Positions 1 to 7,807 of a stretch of 32,000 bases of DNA are shown here, piece by piece (the first letter of the stretch is position 1; every line of letters begins with the position of its first letter). Under the pieces are notes generated by a model, which saw only the letters and a program-made list of their open reading frames with translations, ran no database searches and was not told the DNA's origin. The stretch is from Vibrio cholerae ATCC 14035 (GTDB lineage Bacteria > Pseudomonadota > Gammaproteobacteria > Enterobacterales > Vibrionaceae), in NCBI RefSeq assembly GCF_000621645.1, contig NZ_JHXR01000027.1, forward strand, positions 11,665-43,664. Direction: 5' to 3'. The translations under genes and the position numbers were made by a program.

Positions 1-729
1 GTGAGCCGTGGTAAAACGAGTCTGTGTGGTATCCAACCCTGAAGTGAAATGGTAAGTAAAACCACCCATATCAAACTCCGTTTGTCCCTCTTGGTTGACA
101 CTCAGTTTATCCAGCTTGAAATTCTGTGCGCCTAGCCACAAACCATCACTCTCTTTACCTTGACCGTCACCGGTGATCTGGCTGAGTACCATCTGCGCTT
201 GGTTTTCAAAATCCAAAATGATCTTTGGTACGTTCAGTTGGAACGTCATTTCACCCAATGTCGTTAAAGAACCGCTCATTTGCGCCGGTTCAATGGTCAC
301 TGCAACAGGCTCTTCACCTTGGAATACGTAGTTCCACTGTTCCAGCTTCACCGTGTAATCGGTGTTACCGTTTAACTTGGTATTCGAAAGAATCTGCAGT
401 GGAAACTCAGGGAATTGCGGCAATGTTGATACCGCTGACACCCCCATCAGGCCATGAGTCAGTGTACTGTCGACTAAAATTTCGGTCGGAATACCTTCTG
501 CTTCTAACTGCGCCACAATCGTCGGGTCTGTGATTTTGTAACGCGTCTGCATTTGTGATGACAGATAACCGCGCTGATAGTTAACCAGTTCAGCCTTGGT
601 TGATGAGCTTTCAAAATTGTTGAGGCCATCTTTGATCGCAGATTCACCGATTTGGCCCACCGCGAGTGGCCAACACAAACCTAGCGCAACAGCCCCACCC
701 ACTGCACCGATCATTTTTATTGATTTCAT
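1..729 (-). CDS. YdgA-like (DUF945) protein, first 243 codons; the gene continues past the left edge
   Basis: Absent from the ORF track because it has no stop in the window. My manual read of the reverse frame found it open where I checked (the first ~120 nt codon by codon, the rest in a quick pass), from ATG 729..727 to base 1. Translation begins MKSIKMIGAVGGAVALGLCWPLAVGQIGESAIKDGLNNFESSSTKAELVNYQRGYLSSQMQ. That gives a signal/anchor segment and a YxRGxxSSQ stretch resembling E. coli YdgA as I remember it. AAGGAAA Shine-Dalgarno at 739..745, 9 nt before the ATG. Confidence 0.7.
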   Translation of the reverse strand, partial: MKSIKMIGAVGGAVALGLCWPLAVGQIGESAIKDGLNNFESSSTKAELVNYQRGYLSSQMQTRYKITDPTIVAQLEAEGIPTEILVDSTLTHGLMGVSAVSTLPQFPEFPLQILSNTKLNGNTDYTVKLEQWNYVFQGEEPVAVTIEPAQMSGSLTTLGEMTFQLNVPKIILDFENQAQMVLSQITGDGQGKESDGLWLGAQNFKLDKLSVNQEGQTEFDMGGFTYHFTSGLDTTQTRFTTAH

Positions 730-951
730 AGTCGAATATTTCCTTGGGATTGAGTTTCCTTAGTTTAGGTGACGAAACTCGTACAAGATACAAATAATTG
801 TCAACATTTGTGCAAACAACGGGAAAAGTATGAATCAAATCAGAGTATTGAATTGCAACAGTCTTGATTGGAAATTCTCCAACTCTGCTCCCACTTCATC
901 AGCGCCATCCCTGCTAAAGTAACGGCGTGAACCCTTGCCAGAGAAAAGGTT

Positions 952-2907
952 GTGAATCGCTACGCCCTGCTCATTTTAGATAACAATCCGTTCAGTATTG
1001 AACAATGGCGTCAAGAACTGTCTGGTTTTGCCAGTAAATTCGACCTATGCAGCGCTGAATCTATTGATGAAGCTCAGCAGTGGCTTGAATTTATTGAACA
1101 ACGTGAACAGATCGCCGCGTTAGTTATCGCCAGTCATCACGAAGCGCTCAATGGTGCGGATTTTTTGATTCGATTAGATAAAGTGGCGCACACCAAACAC
1201 GCTCGCAAAGTTCTGGTGAGTGGTGGACAAGATATCCAAGCCATTCTGAGCGCGGTCAACGAAGGTCGCTTAGACTACTGCTTGACTAAACCACTGCAAG
1301 ATAACGTGCTACGCAAAACGGCTTTACAAGAACTGACCTCCTTTGTACTTGAACACGATAAAGACAATATCTTGAGCTACAGCACGGTGTTGGATCAGCA
1401 GCGTCTGTTACGCGCGCACATCGATAATAAAATGCGCAGCTACCGTGAAGGATTCATCACGGATTATCACCGCTTATCCGATAGTGAATTAGCCGAAAAA
1501 GTGATTGGTGCGCTGTACCAGTTTTTTGATGAGAAAGACGAGACTCAAGCGTGCCGAACCTATTCCGCGCAGCATTTACTGACCGAAGAGGGCGAGCCTA
1601 ACCGTTTCTTATGGTTTATCACCGAAGGCGAAGTGGCTTTATATAAGCGAGACGATCTTGGCCAACAGCGTGAAGTGGTACGCCATAAAAAAGGCAATAT
1701 TATCGGCGGTATGTCATTTGTGACTGGCGAACCCTCTTTTTCGACTGCGATCACCCTAACCCAGACTGAAGTGATAAAACTTGATCGTGACGTGTTCGCC
1801 AAAGTCATGCACAACGACACCAGTCTACTGCCTCTGTTTACCAACTTACTTCTGCGCCATTTTAATCGTCGATTGCAACGCAGTATTACCACGAAACTTG
1901 AACTGCAAAAAACGTTGGAGTCTTTAGAGTCTGCCCATCAACAATTGATGGAGCGTGAAAAAATGGCGATGTTAGGACAACTGGTGGCAGGCGTTGCCCA
2001 CGAGTTGAATAATCCGGTCGCTGCCATTTTGCGCGGTACTGAAACCTTATCCAGCCATATTGGACATTTGATTGAGGGTGAAGAGCGAGCGCCAACCGAG
2101 CAATTAGGTGCGCAACTATTGCAAAAAGCCATGCAGGCTAAGCCGATCTCCACTTCCGAAGAGCGTCACAAAGCCAAACAGTTAGAAGAGCTTATCCATC
2201 ACCGTTTAATCGCCAAGAAAATGGTCAAATTAGGCTTGGATGACGATGAGGCCATGATCCAACTCGCCAAAAGCCGACCGGAAATAGCGCAAAAACAACT
2301 TGAACAGCTGGAAAGCTATCACCTCACCGGCAGTACTCTGCGTTCAATCCAAGTCTGTGCACAGCGGATTGCTGACATGGTGAAAAGCCTTAAAGGCTAT
2401 GCACGTCCTGACGATGAAACTTATCGACTCTCCGATATTCATGAAGGGATAGAAGATACCTTGGTCATTTTTGAAAATCGCCTAAAACGGCATAGTGTCG
2501 AAAAAGAGTACGCACAATTACCATTAATCTATTGTTTGCCAATTGCGCTACAGCAAGTGTGGACTAATCTCATCTCAAATGCGATTGACGCTTTTCCTGA
2601 ACATGGCGTATTGCGTATTGAAACCGAGCAGCAACGTCGTCAAGATATCGACTACGCCGTGATTCGCTTCACCGACAATGGTTGTGGCATTCCACAAGCG
2701 TTACAGCAGAAGATTTTTGCCCTCAACTACACTACCAAACGAGAAGGTAACTTTGGTCTTGGGATTGGCCTATCTGTCTGTCAACAGATCATTATGCAAC
2801 ATCAAGGTTGGATTGATGTCGACTCCCAACCTAACCACTACACCACCATGACGGTGTGGCTGCCTTTAATGGTATCCGCACCCACCTTGGCAAGGAGCAA
2901 GCCATGA
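952..2907 (+). CDS. Cytoplasmic sensor histidine kinase: pseudo-receiver, CAP-type nucleotide-binding-like domain, HisKA and HATPase
   Basis: 651-aa ORF with a GTG start. Receiver-like fold in aa 1-125 (LLILDNNP, LVIASHH, VLVSGG, LTKPL). CAP-effector-like beta roll at aa ~205-300 (FLWFITEGEVALYKRD..GGMSFVTGEPSFSTAITL). H box VAHELNNP (His350 = nt 1999..2001). N box QQVWTNLISNAIDA, G1 FTDNGCGIP and G2 GLGIGLSV. No predicted transmembrane segment. Confidence 0.85.
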   Translation: MNRYALLILDNNPFSIEQWRQELSGFASKFDLCSAESIDEAQQWLEFIEQREQIAALVIASHHEALNGADFLIRLDKVAHTKHARKVLVSGGQDIQAILSAVNEGRLDYCLTKPLQDNVLRKTALQELTSFVLEHDKDNILSYSTVLDQQRLLRAHIDNKMRSYREGFITDYHRLSDSELAEKVIGALYQFFDEKDETQACRTYSAQHLLTEEGEPNRFLWFITEGEVALYKRDDLGQQREVVRHKKGNIIGGMSFVTGEPSFSTAITLTQTEVIKLDRDVFAKVMHNDTSLLPLFTNLLLRHFNRRLQRSITTKLELQKTLESLESAHQQLMEREKMAMLGQLVAGVAHELNNPVAAILRGTETLSSHIGHLIEGEERAPTEQLGAQLLQKAMQAKPISTSEERHKAKQLEELIHHRLIAKKMVKLGLDDDEAMIQLAKSRPEIAQKQLEQLESYHLTGSTLRSIQVCAQRIADMVKSLKGYARPDDETYRLSDIHEGIEDTLVIFENRLKRHSVEKEYAQLPLIYCLPIALQQVWTNLISNAIDAFPEHGVLRIETEQQRRQDIDYAVIRFTDNGCGIPQALQQKIFALNYTTKREGNFGLGIGLSVCQQIIMQHQGWIDVDSQPNHYTTMTVWLPLMVSAPTLARSKP

Positions 2908-3401
2908 ACAAATTTTTGATTTTATGTGTGGATGACGAACGAGAAGTGCTCGACAGTGTGGTGCAAGATCTCGACTGTTTTGAAGAGCATTTCATTATTG
3001 AAGCGGCCGAATCGGTTGCGGAAGCGAAATCCGTGATTGAGGATTATCGCCAAGAAGCGATCCCCCTCGCCCTGATCCTGTGTGATCACATCATGCCGGA
3101 GCAGACTGGCATTCAATTTCTTATTGAGCTCAACCAAGAAGCCGATACCACCCGCACACGCAAGATGTTACTCACAGGCCAAGCGGGGCTGGAAGATACC
3201 GTACAAGCCGTTAACCATGCCAGTTTACACTTTTACATCGCTAAGCCTTGGCATGGAGAACAACTGCGCCAAGCCGTAAAAGAGCAATTGACTCATTACG
3301 TGATTGAGAACGAAGAGGACTTAATGCCTTGGATTCAAATTCTCGATGCAGAAAAAATTCTAAATGCGATCGCCGCTAAAAGAATGAGCTTTGGCGAATA
3401 G
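2904..3401 (+). CDS. Single-domain response regulator (receiver plus ~35-aa C-terminal tail, no output domain)
   Basis: I moved the start to ATG 2904 (MNKFLILCVDDERE), which overlaps the kinase stop as ATGA (2904..2907), indicating translational coupling. The full receiver signature is present: DD (VDDE), phospho-Asp (LILCDHIMP), Thr (LLTGQA) and Lys (IAKPW). Confidence 0.85.
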   Translation: MNKFLILCVDDEREVLDSVVQDLDCFEEHFIIEAAESVAEAKSVIEDYRQEAIPLALILCDHIMPEQTGIQFLIELNQEADTTRTRKMLLTGQAGLEDTVQAVNHASLHFYIAKPWHGEQLRQAVKEQLTHYVIENEEDLMPWIQILDAEKILNAIAAKRMSFGE

Positions 3402-3591
3402 GGAATTTGGCACTCTAATTGCTTAAATTTCATATGAACGACAAAACTCTGACATTTTTTGATAGTAGCTTGATACATCAATGCTTTATGATGTCAAACC
3501 ATGAACCCGGAGTCGATTTTAAGGCTTCAGTCACTGCAACTTTCAGGTAGTGGCCTTGGAATTAATCAGAAGATAAAGGTTTATCTTAATT

Positions 3592-4140
3592 ATGCGTAAA
3601 ACAATCGTTGCAACTGCACTACTTCTCGTCGCTGGCTCGGCACTGGCTGAAGGTGAGCGTGATAGCCGTACCGTAATGAGCAACTTTAGCTATGACTATG
3701 TAGAAGCGCGCATCGGCACCAGCCCTATGACTTTTGGTGCTGCGATGAGCCGCTCTGTTCACCCTAATGCTCATGTGATTGGTCGAATCGACTCAGAATT
3801 TGAAAGTGACTACGATGTCGCGGCCGGATTTGGATTCCACGCGCCGGTCAATAACTGGGCAGATCTTACCGGTGAAATGCTGTTTCGTTTAGTCGATGAT
3901 CGCAAACGCTCTAGCGCCGATACCGGCATGGAACTGAACATTGGTATTCGTCAGTGGTTAGGGCCTCAGCTTGAGGTGGGCGGTAAAGCAGGTTACGTCT
4001 CTATCGACAACAATGATGATTGGCTAGGCTCAGTATACGCACGCTTCCACGCAACCGAGCTGTTCTCTCTCGGTGCAGAAGCTCGCATAAACGACTTTTA
4101 CGACGATCAGTTGATGTTCACAGCTCGCTTTAACTTCTGA
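3592..4140 (+). CDS. Small outer-membrane beta-barrel protein (about 160 aa mature)
   Basis: Signal peptide MRKTIVATALLLVAGSALA followed by E. The mature part shows alternating hydrophobic/polar beta-strand pattern. C-terminal FTARFNF ends in Phe, typical of OMP insertion signals. AAAGG Shine-Dalgarno ahead of the ATG. Confidence 0.7.
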   Translation: MRKTIVATALLLVAGSALAEGERDSRTVMSNFSYDYVEARIGTSPMTFGAAMSRSVHPNAHVIGRIDSEFESDYDVAAGFGFHAPVNNWADLTGEMLFRLVDDRKRSSADTGMELNIGIRQWLGPQLEVGGKAGYVSIDNNDDWLGSVYARFHATELFSLGAEARINDFYDDQLMFTARFNF

Positions 4141-4166
4141 TCCGTTAGGGTTCGTCGCGATACAGT

Positions 4167-4206
4167 AAAAAAGCCATAAGCCAGAAATCTGGCTTATGGC
4201 TTTTTT
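4167..4206. terminator. Bidirectional rho-independent terminator between the OMP gene and tfoX
   Basis: Stem agccataagccag (4172..4184) pairs with ctggcttatggct (4189..4201) around loop aaat. It is flanked by an A-run on the left and a T-run on the right. Confidence 0.85.
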
Positions 4207-4235
4207 ATGATTGAGAACGTGGCTAACGCTTTAAC

Positions 4236-4829
4236 TTAACGCTGCTGACAACTTTCTAACAGTTGGCGCTTACGCGGCTCTTGCAGCAGTTTCCAGTGAA
4301 TGCCTTCAATCGCACCCGCAAACTTCCACAGTAGTTTTACATCGACATCACTTCCATAAGCTTGACGCACCTTATTAAACACTTCTGGCGCACCGAGGCT
4401 CATAAAAGTTTCCACATCGTCAATGCCCGCTTTTTTTACCATACGCTCCAAAGTCAGTTGCATATTGGGTAAATCCCGTAGACGACGACTGGCTGCTGAG
4501 CGTTGAAATTCCCGCTGATTCACAGAAAACTGAATCGAGCGTTCAATAATCGAGTCTAGCTCAGGGTGATGTTGCTCATACAGTTCAGTGATGTCGTAAT
4601 AGTTTACGGTTGCCGTTGTCTGTTTTTTAACATGGCGATATTTCTCGCACCCTAAGGCCAAGAGCTCAGGGTCGAGCTCTTCTCCACCACGCACAAAAAT
4701 GCGGTCTTCACTGACCAACACATACATAGCGTCGTGTTGAAACAAGCCAATACCACCAAACATCGAGCGTTTTTGGTAGGCGCCAAACTTAGTTACGTAG
4801 TCGAAAAACTGTTGCTCATTCATATCCAT
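4236..4829 (-). CDS. tfoX: TfoX (Sxy) competence regulator
   Basis: Translation MDMNEQQFFDYVTKFGAYQKRSMFGGIGLFQHDAMYVLV...QLLESCQQR shows TfoX N- and C-domain architecture and matches V. cholerae TfoX as I remember it. The ORF-track start at 4844 is a GTG. I prefer ATG 4829 or ATG 4823, both downstream of the AAAGGA Shine-Dalgarno (4834..4839). The exact start is uncertain by 2 codons. Confidence 0.9.
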   Translation of the reverse strand: MDMNEQQFFDYVTKFGAYQKRSMFGGIGLFQHDAMYVLVSEDRIFVRGGEELDPELLALGCEKYRHVKKQTTATVNYYDITELYEQHHPELDSIIERSIQFSVNQREFQRSAASRRLRDLPNMQLTLERMVKKAGIDDVETFMSLGAPEVFNKVRQAYGSDVDVKLLWKFAGAIEGIHWKLLQEPRKRQLLESCQQR

Positions 4830-4830
4830 T

Positions 4831-4865
4831 GATCCTTTAATCACGTTCCCCGATTAAGGAAGATC
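4831..4865 (-). promoter_or_regulatory. tfoX 5' UTR hairpin that pairs the Shine-Dalgarno with an upstream anti-SD
   Basis: In mRNA sense, GAUCUUCCUUAAUC (4865..4852) can pair with GAUUAAAGGAUC (4842..4831) around loop GGGGAACGU. The second arm contains the AAAGGA SD. This is consistent with the published requirement for an sRNA (TfoR) to activate tfoX translation. Confidence 0.5.
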
Positions 4866-4980
4866 ACCAGATAGCAGCAATAAAGCGAAAATAATGAAAT
4901 TGTTTAGCAAGTCTATTCAATCGTTCGTATGAGCTTGCTTGTTTTATGAAGCTAATGATAGTTTACGAAGAGAAATAAGT

Positions 4981-4996
4981 CTGGACTTATCTCACA
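4981..4996. promoter_or_regulatory. Candidate CRP site, proximal, weaker
   Basis: In tfoX sense it reads TGTGA-gataag-TCCAG: one perfect half-site and one 3/5 half-site. Its centre lies about 41 bp upstream of the start predicted from a TATCAT -10 (4955..4960 on the minus strand), which is class II spacing. Confidence 0.35.
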
Positions 4997-5023
4997 TCGA
5001 TGCAATACTTTTGCGCCAGATTA

Positions 5024-5039
5024 TGAGACCAGTATCACA
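5024..5039. promoter_or_regulatory. Candidate CRP site, distal, in the tfoX/HDOD divergent region
   Basis: tgagaCCAGTAtcaca matches 9 of 10 positions of TGTGA-N6-TCACA. It lies 43 bp, centre to centre, from the second candidate site. Confidence 0.5.
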
Positions 5040-5200
5040 GCGTCAATTTTTTGTTGCTCCTCTATACTTAAACCTCATCTATTAAATCGCTCAATAGTTC
5101 AACGAAAAAACCAGCGTAATCGGTAAAATGCATGGAACCGTTTGCTTATTTAGTTTAGCGATAGTTAAAATGCTACCAACTTTGCTTGATCGTGTATTTT

Positions 5201-6121
5201 ATGAGTCACCTATCTTTTTACTGGTTACCCGAAACCAAACATAAACTCATCCAAGGATTGGAAAGTGAATTTGCGCAATTGGTCGAGCTTTCTATCAGTA
5301 CCGGGAAAATTTCGCTTCCCCCAATTCCAGATGTCGTTTTAAAAATTCAGCGCCTGTGCTTAGCGGAATCGACATCCATATCCGATGTCGCGGACTGCTT
5401 AATTGAAGATCCTGGGCTCTCTGCGATTGTGATTCGCGTGGCGAACTCAGTTGTGTTTAATCGTCGAAACATTACGTGCACCGATATTGTCACGGCCGTT
5501 TCACGTCTTGGCATTTTGCGCGTTCGTGATATTGTGACGGCGCAAGCTATTGAACAGTTGAAGTACTCCGTCAACCTCAGTAAAGAGTGCAATCGCATCT
5601 TACTTAAAAGTGCGACCATTTCTCGCGAAATGGGGGCCACCATGTTACTGGTGACCCAGACATTTAAGTGTGTGGATGCGAAGAAATACCAGTACCTTGA
5701 GCTAGAAAAGGCACTACTAGTCGGTTTGTTGGCGGATATCGGTATCTTCTGTCTGGTCAATGAGTACCATTTATATCTACAAAATGGTAATTATCTGGAT
5801 CCCACTATTGCACTGAAGATTTTCCAATCTCAGTGCTCACCAATCAGTCAATTGGTGTTACGTCACTGGGGATTTGATCATGACTTTTTGGAAGTCGCTT
5901 GCAACACTGAGCTGGTAACCGAGCGACAAGAAGTCACTTACCTCGATATTGCTCGTATTGCTCATCACTTACTGATGTTCAGAAAGAAAGATGATGCGAT
6001 TGACGATCACAATGTCGAGATCAACTCTGAAGGCGCTGAAGTGCTCTACCAGCTCAGCAACTTAAGTGAAATGGAATTTAACAACAAGCTAAGTGATGTG
6101 ATCAGTGCCAGTGGCATCTGA
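5201..6121 (+). CDS. HDOD-domain signalling protein
   Basis: Start moved to ATG 5201 (MSHLSFYW); the track start at 5186 is a TTG. It contains the HDOD signature region LPPIPDVVLKIQRL...ISDVADCLIEDPGLSAIVIRVANS...AVSRLG. No clear Shine-Dalgarno, so the start is uncertain. Confidence 0.75.
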   Translation: MSHLSFYWLPETKHKLIQGLESEFAQLVELSISTGKISLPPIPDVVLKIQRLCLAESTSISDVADCLIEDPGLSAIVIRVANSVVFNRRNITCTDIVTAVSRLGILRVRDIVTAQAIEQLKYSVNLSKECNRILLKSATISREMGATMLLVTQTFKCVDAKKYQYLELEKALLVGLLADIGIFCLVNEYHLYLQNGNYLDPTIALKIFQSQCSPISQLVLRHWGFDHDFLEVACNTELVTERQEVTYLDIARIAHHLLMFRKKDDAIDDHNVEINSEGAEVLYQLSNLSEMEFNNKLSDVISASGI

Positions 6122-6141
6122 AGTACCACTGTGAGGATGTT

Positions 6142-7047
6142 ATGCTGTCAGGGATGATCTTTGTTTTTGCACCACTCGTGGTGGGTTATCTATTCATTAT
6201 TCGTAACCCATCTCATCTCCATCGTTTGAGTCGAGCAACCTCGCATCTCGTTTACGTCATCTTATTTTTGATGGGTCTCAGTCTCGCGGGCTTAGATAAC
6301 CTACAAAGTAACTTACAAACCATTGTCAAATACACGGCCGTTTTTTTCGTGGTGCTAGGGACATGCAACCTCTTAGTCTTACCTTTAGTTGATCGCTATC
6401 TGCCACTTAGTACCGATATCACTCATAAAAAAGTCCCGCTCTCAAGCATGATGTTGGAGTCTGCGAAGCTTATTTTGGTGGTCGGTGCAGGCCTGGTGGC
6501 GGGTGTGTTACTGAATCAAGACTTACATTGGGTCGAATCCGCGAGCGGCTGGATCCTCTTCCTTTTGCTGTTTTTTATTGGTATTCAACTGCGCAACAGT
6601 GGTTTATCGCTCAAACAGATCTTGCTAAATAAGCACGGAATGGTTATTGCGGCAGTGATCATCCTAACCAGTTGGCTAGGTGGCGTGATTGCTGCGTGGC
6701 TACTCGACATGCCAATTTACCAAGCACTGGCGATGGCCTCAGGTTTTGGCTGGTACTCATTAGCCGGTATCTTAGTCGGCGATGCTTTTGGGCCGGTACT
6801 CGGCGGAGCCTCTTTTATGATTGAGCTACTGCGCGAGCTAGTCGCGCTGGTGTTAATTCCCATGCTGATCCGGCGCAAACCCTGTACCGCGATTGGTTAT
6901 GCAGGAGCGACAGCCATGGATTTTACCCTGCCCGTCATTCAAACCACTGGCGGTGTAAAATGTGTTCCGGTGGCGATTGTTAGCGGCTTTATTCTGAGTC
7001 TATTGGTGCCGGTTTTGATCCTGTTCTTTGTTTCTCTTGCAAGCTAG
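6142..7047 (+). CDS. lysO: LysO/YbjE-family (DUF340) lysine exporter
   Basis: 301-aa polytopic membrane protein, collinear with E. coli YbjE as I remember it. Shared blocks include MxSGxxxxxxPLxVGY, FLVGIQLRN.G..LKQI.LN, ALAMASGFGWYSL.GIL and GATxMDFTLPV.Q.TGG. GAGGA Shine-Dalgarno 5 nt before the ATG. It lies 20 bp after the HDOD gene, so co-transcription is likely. Confidence 0.85.
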   Translation: MLSGMIFVFAPLVVGYLFIIRNPSHLHRLSRATSHLVYVILFLMGLSLAGLDNLQSNLQTIVKYTAVFFVVLGTCNLLVLPLVDRYLPLSTDITHKKVPLSSMMLESAKLILVVGAGLVAGVLLNQDLHWVESASGWILFLLLFFIGIQLRNSGLSLKQILLNKHGMVIAAVIILTSWLGGVIAAWLLDMPIYQALAMASGFGWYSLAGILVGDAFGPVLGGASFMIELLRELVALVLIPMLIRRKPCTAIGYAGATAMDFTLPVIQTTGGVKCVPVAIVSGFILSLLVPVLILFFVSLAS

Positions 7048-7235
7048 ATCGCAGGATTTCCCTCTGAGCTCGTTTACAATGTTTCGCCTTGAGATTTACA
7101 ATTTAGTAAACAATATTTTAACCTAACGCCCCTAAATGATTGGGTAGAACAATTCTCTTCGGGTTAGGGGTTAAGGTTTATCTCAATGAAGTCCCATCAA
7201 GAACGACTAAAAATAACAATTCAAAAGGAAAGATT

Positions 7236-7745
7236 ATGAAACGCCTGAGCACTGTTTTACTGATGTCGGTCGTCTCCGCTTCAGCCTATGCGGATAACAC
7301 CTGCTTCAGCCAAAAATACGATGCCTACATCGATGCTTCATTGAACTGGTATGCCGATCTCACCAAACTGACCAGTGAACGTAACCCAGATTTAGCCGAA
7401 GTGAGTCAATGGTTTTTAGAAGGAAGGCAGCACCACTTTGCCTTGAATCGCGCGGCTGTTCATTACTACTTACAACATGACCCAAGTAAAGTCGCAACCA
7501 CCCAACATGTTGAATCATGGTTAAAACTAGAACAGCCAGAAATCAAACAATTGGCGACACGCAGCGATGAGCTTGGCAAGTTAGCCAGCGTAACCTTTGC
7601 CGACCGACAAGCCACACCTCACCCGAAAAATTATGAACTGCGCTCCGCGTTGGCAGACCTGCTCAGTCACCCTAAGCAGATCGAATCGGCGCTGAATCGC
7701 TATAATCAGGCGATTGAAAAAGTCGAAGCGATGAAGTGCCAATAA
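7236..7745 (+). CDS. Secreted or periplasmic helical protein of unknown function (169 aa)
   Basis: Start moved from 7140 to ATG 7236. AAAGGAAAG Shine-Dalgarno at 7224..7232. Signal peptide MKRLSTVLLMSVVSASAYA followed by D. I recognise no family. Confidence 0.65.
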   Translation: MKRLSTVLLMSVVSASAYADNTCFSQKYDAYIDASLNWYADLTKLTSERNPDLAEVSQWFLEGRQHHFALNRAAVHYYLQHDPSKVATTQHVESWLKLEQPEIKQLATRSDELGKLASVTFADRQATPHPKNYELRSALADLLSHPKQIESALNRYNQAIEKVEAMKCQ

Positions 7746-7780
7746 TCACACACCAATGCAATCAAGGCTTTCCGAATTAA

Positions 7781-7807
7781 GACGGGACATTGTTCCCGTT
7801 TTGAATT
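7781..7807 (+). terminator. Rho-independent terminator after the 169-aa gene
   Basis: Stem acggga (7782..7787) pairs with tcccgt (7794..7799). It is followed by ttttgaatt. Confidence 0.6.

Noticed and set aside
225-838. ORFs at 225..533 (+) and 644..838 (-) at the left edge.
   Set aside because: Both are out-of-frame or antisense overlaps of the well-supported ydgA-like reading frame (1..729, minus strand) and its promoter region.
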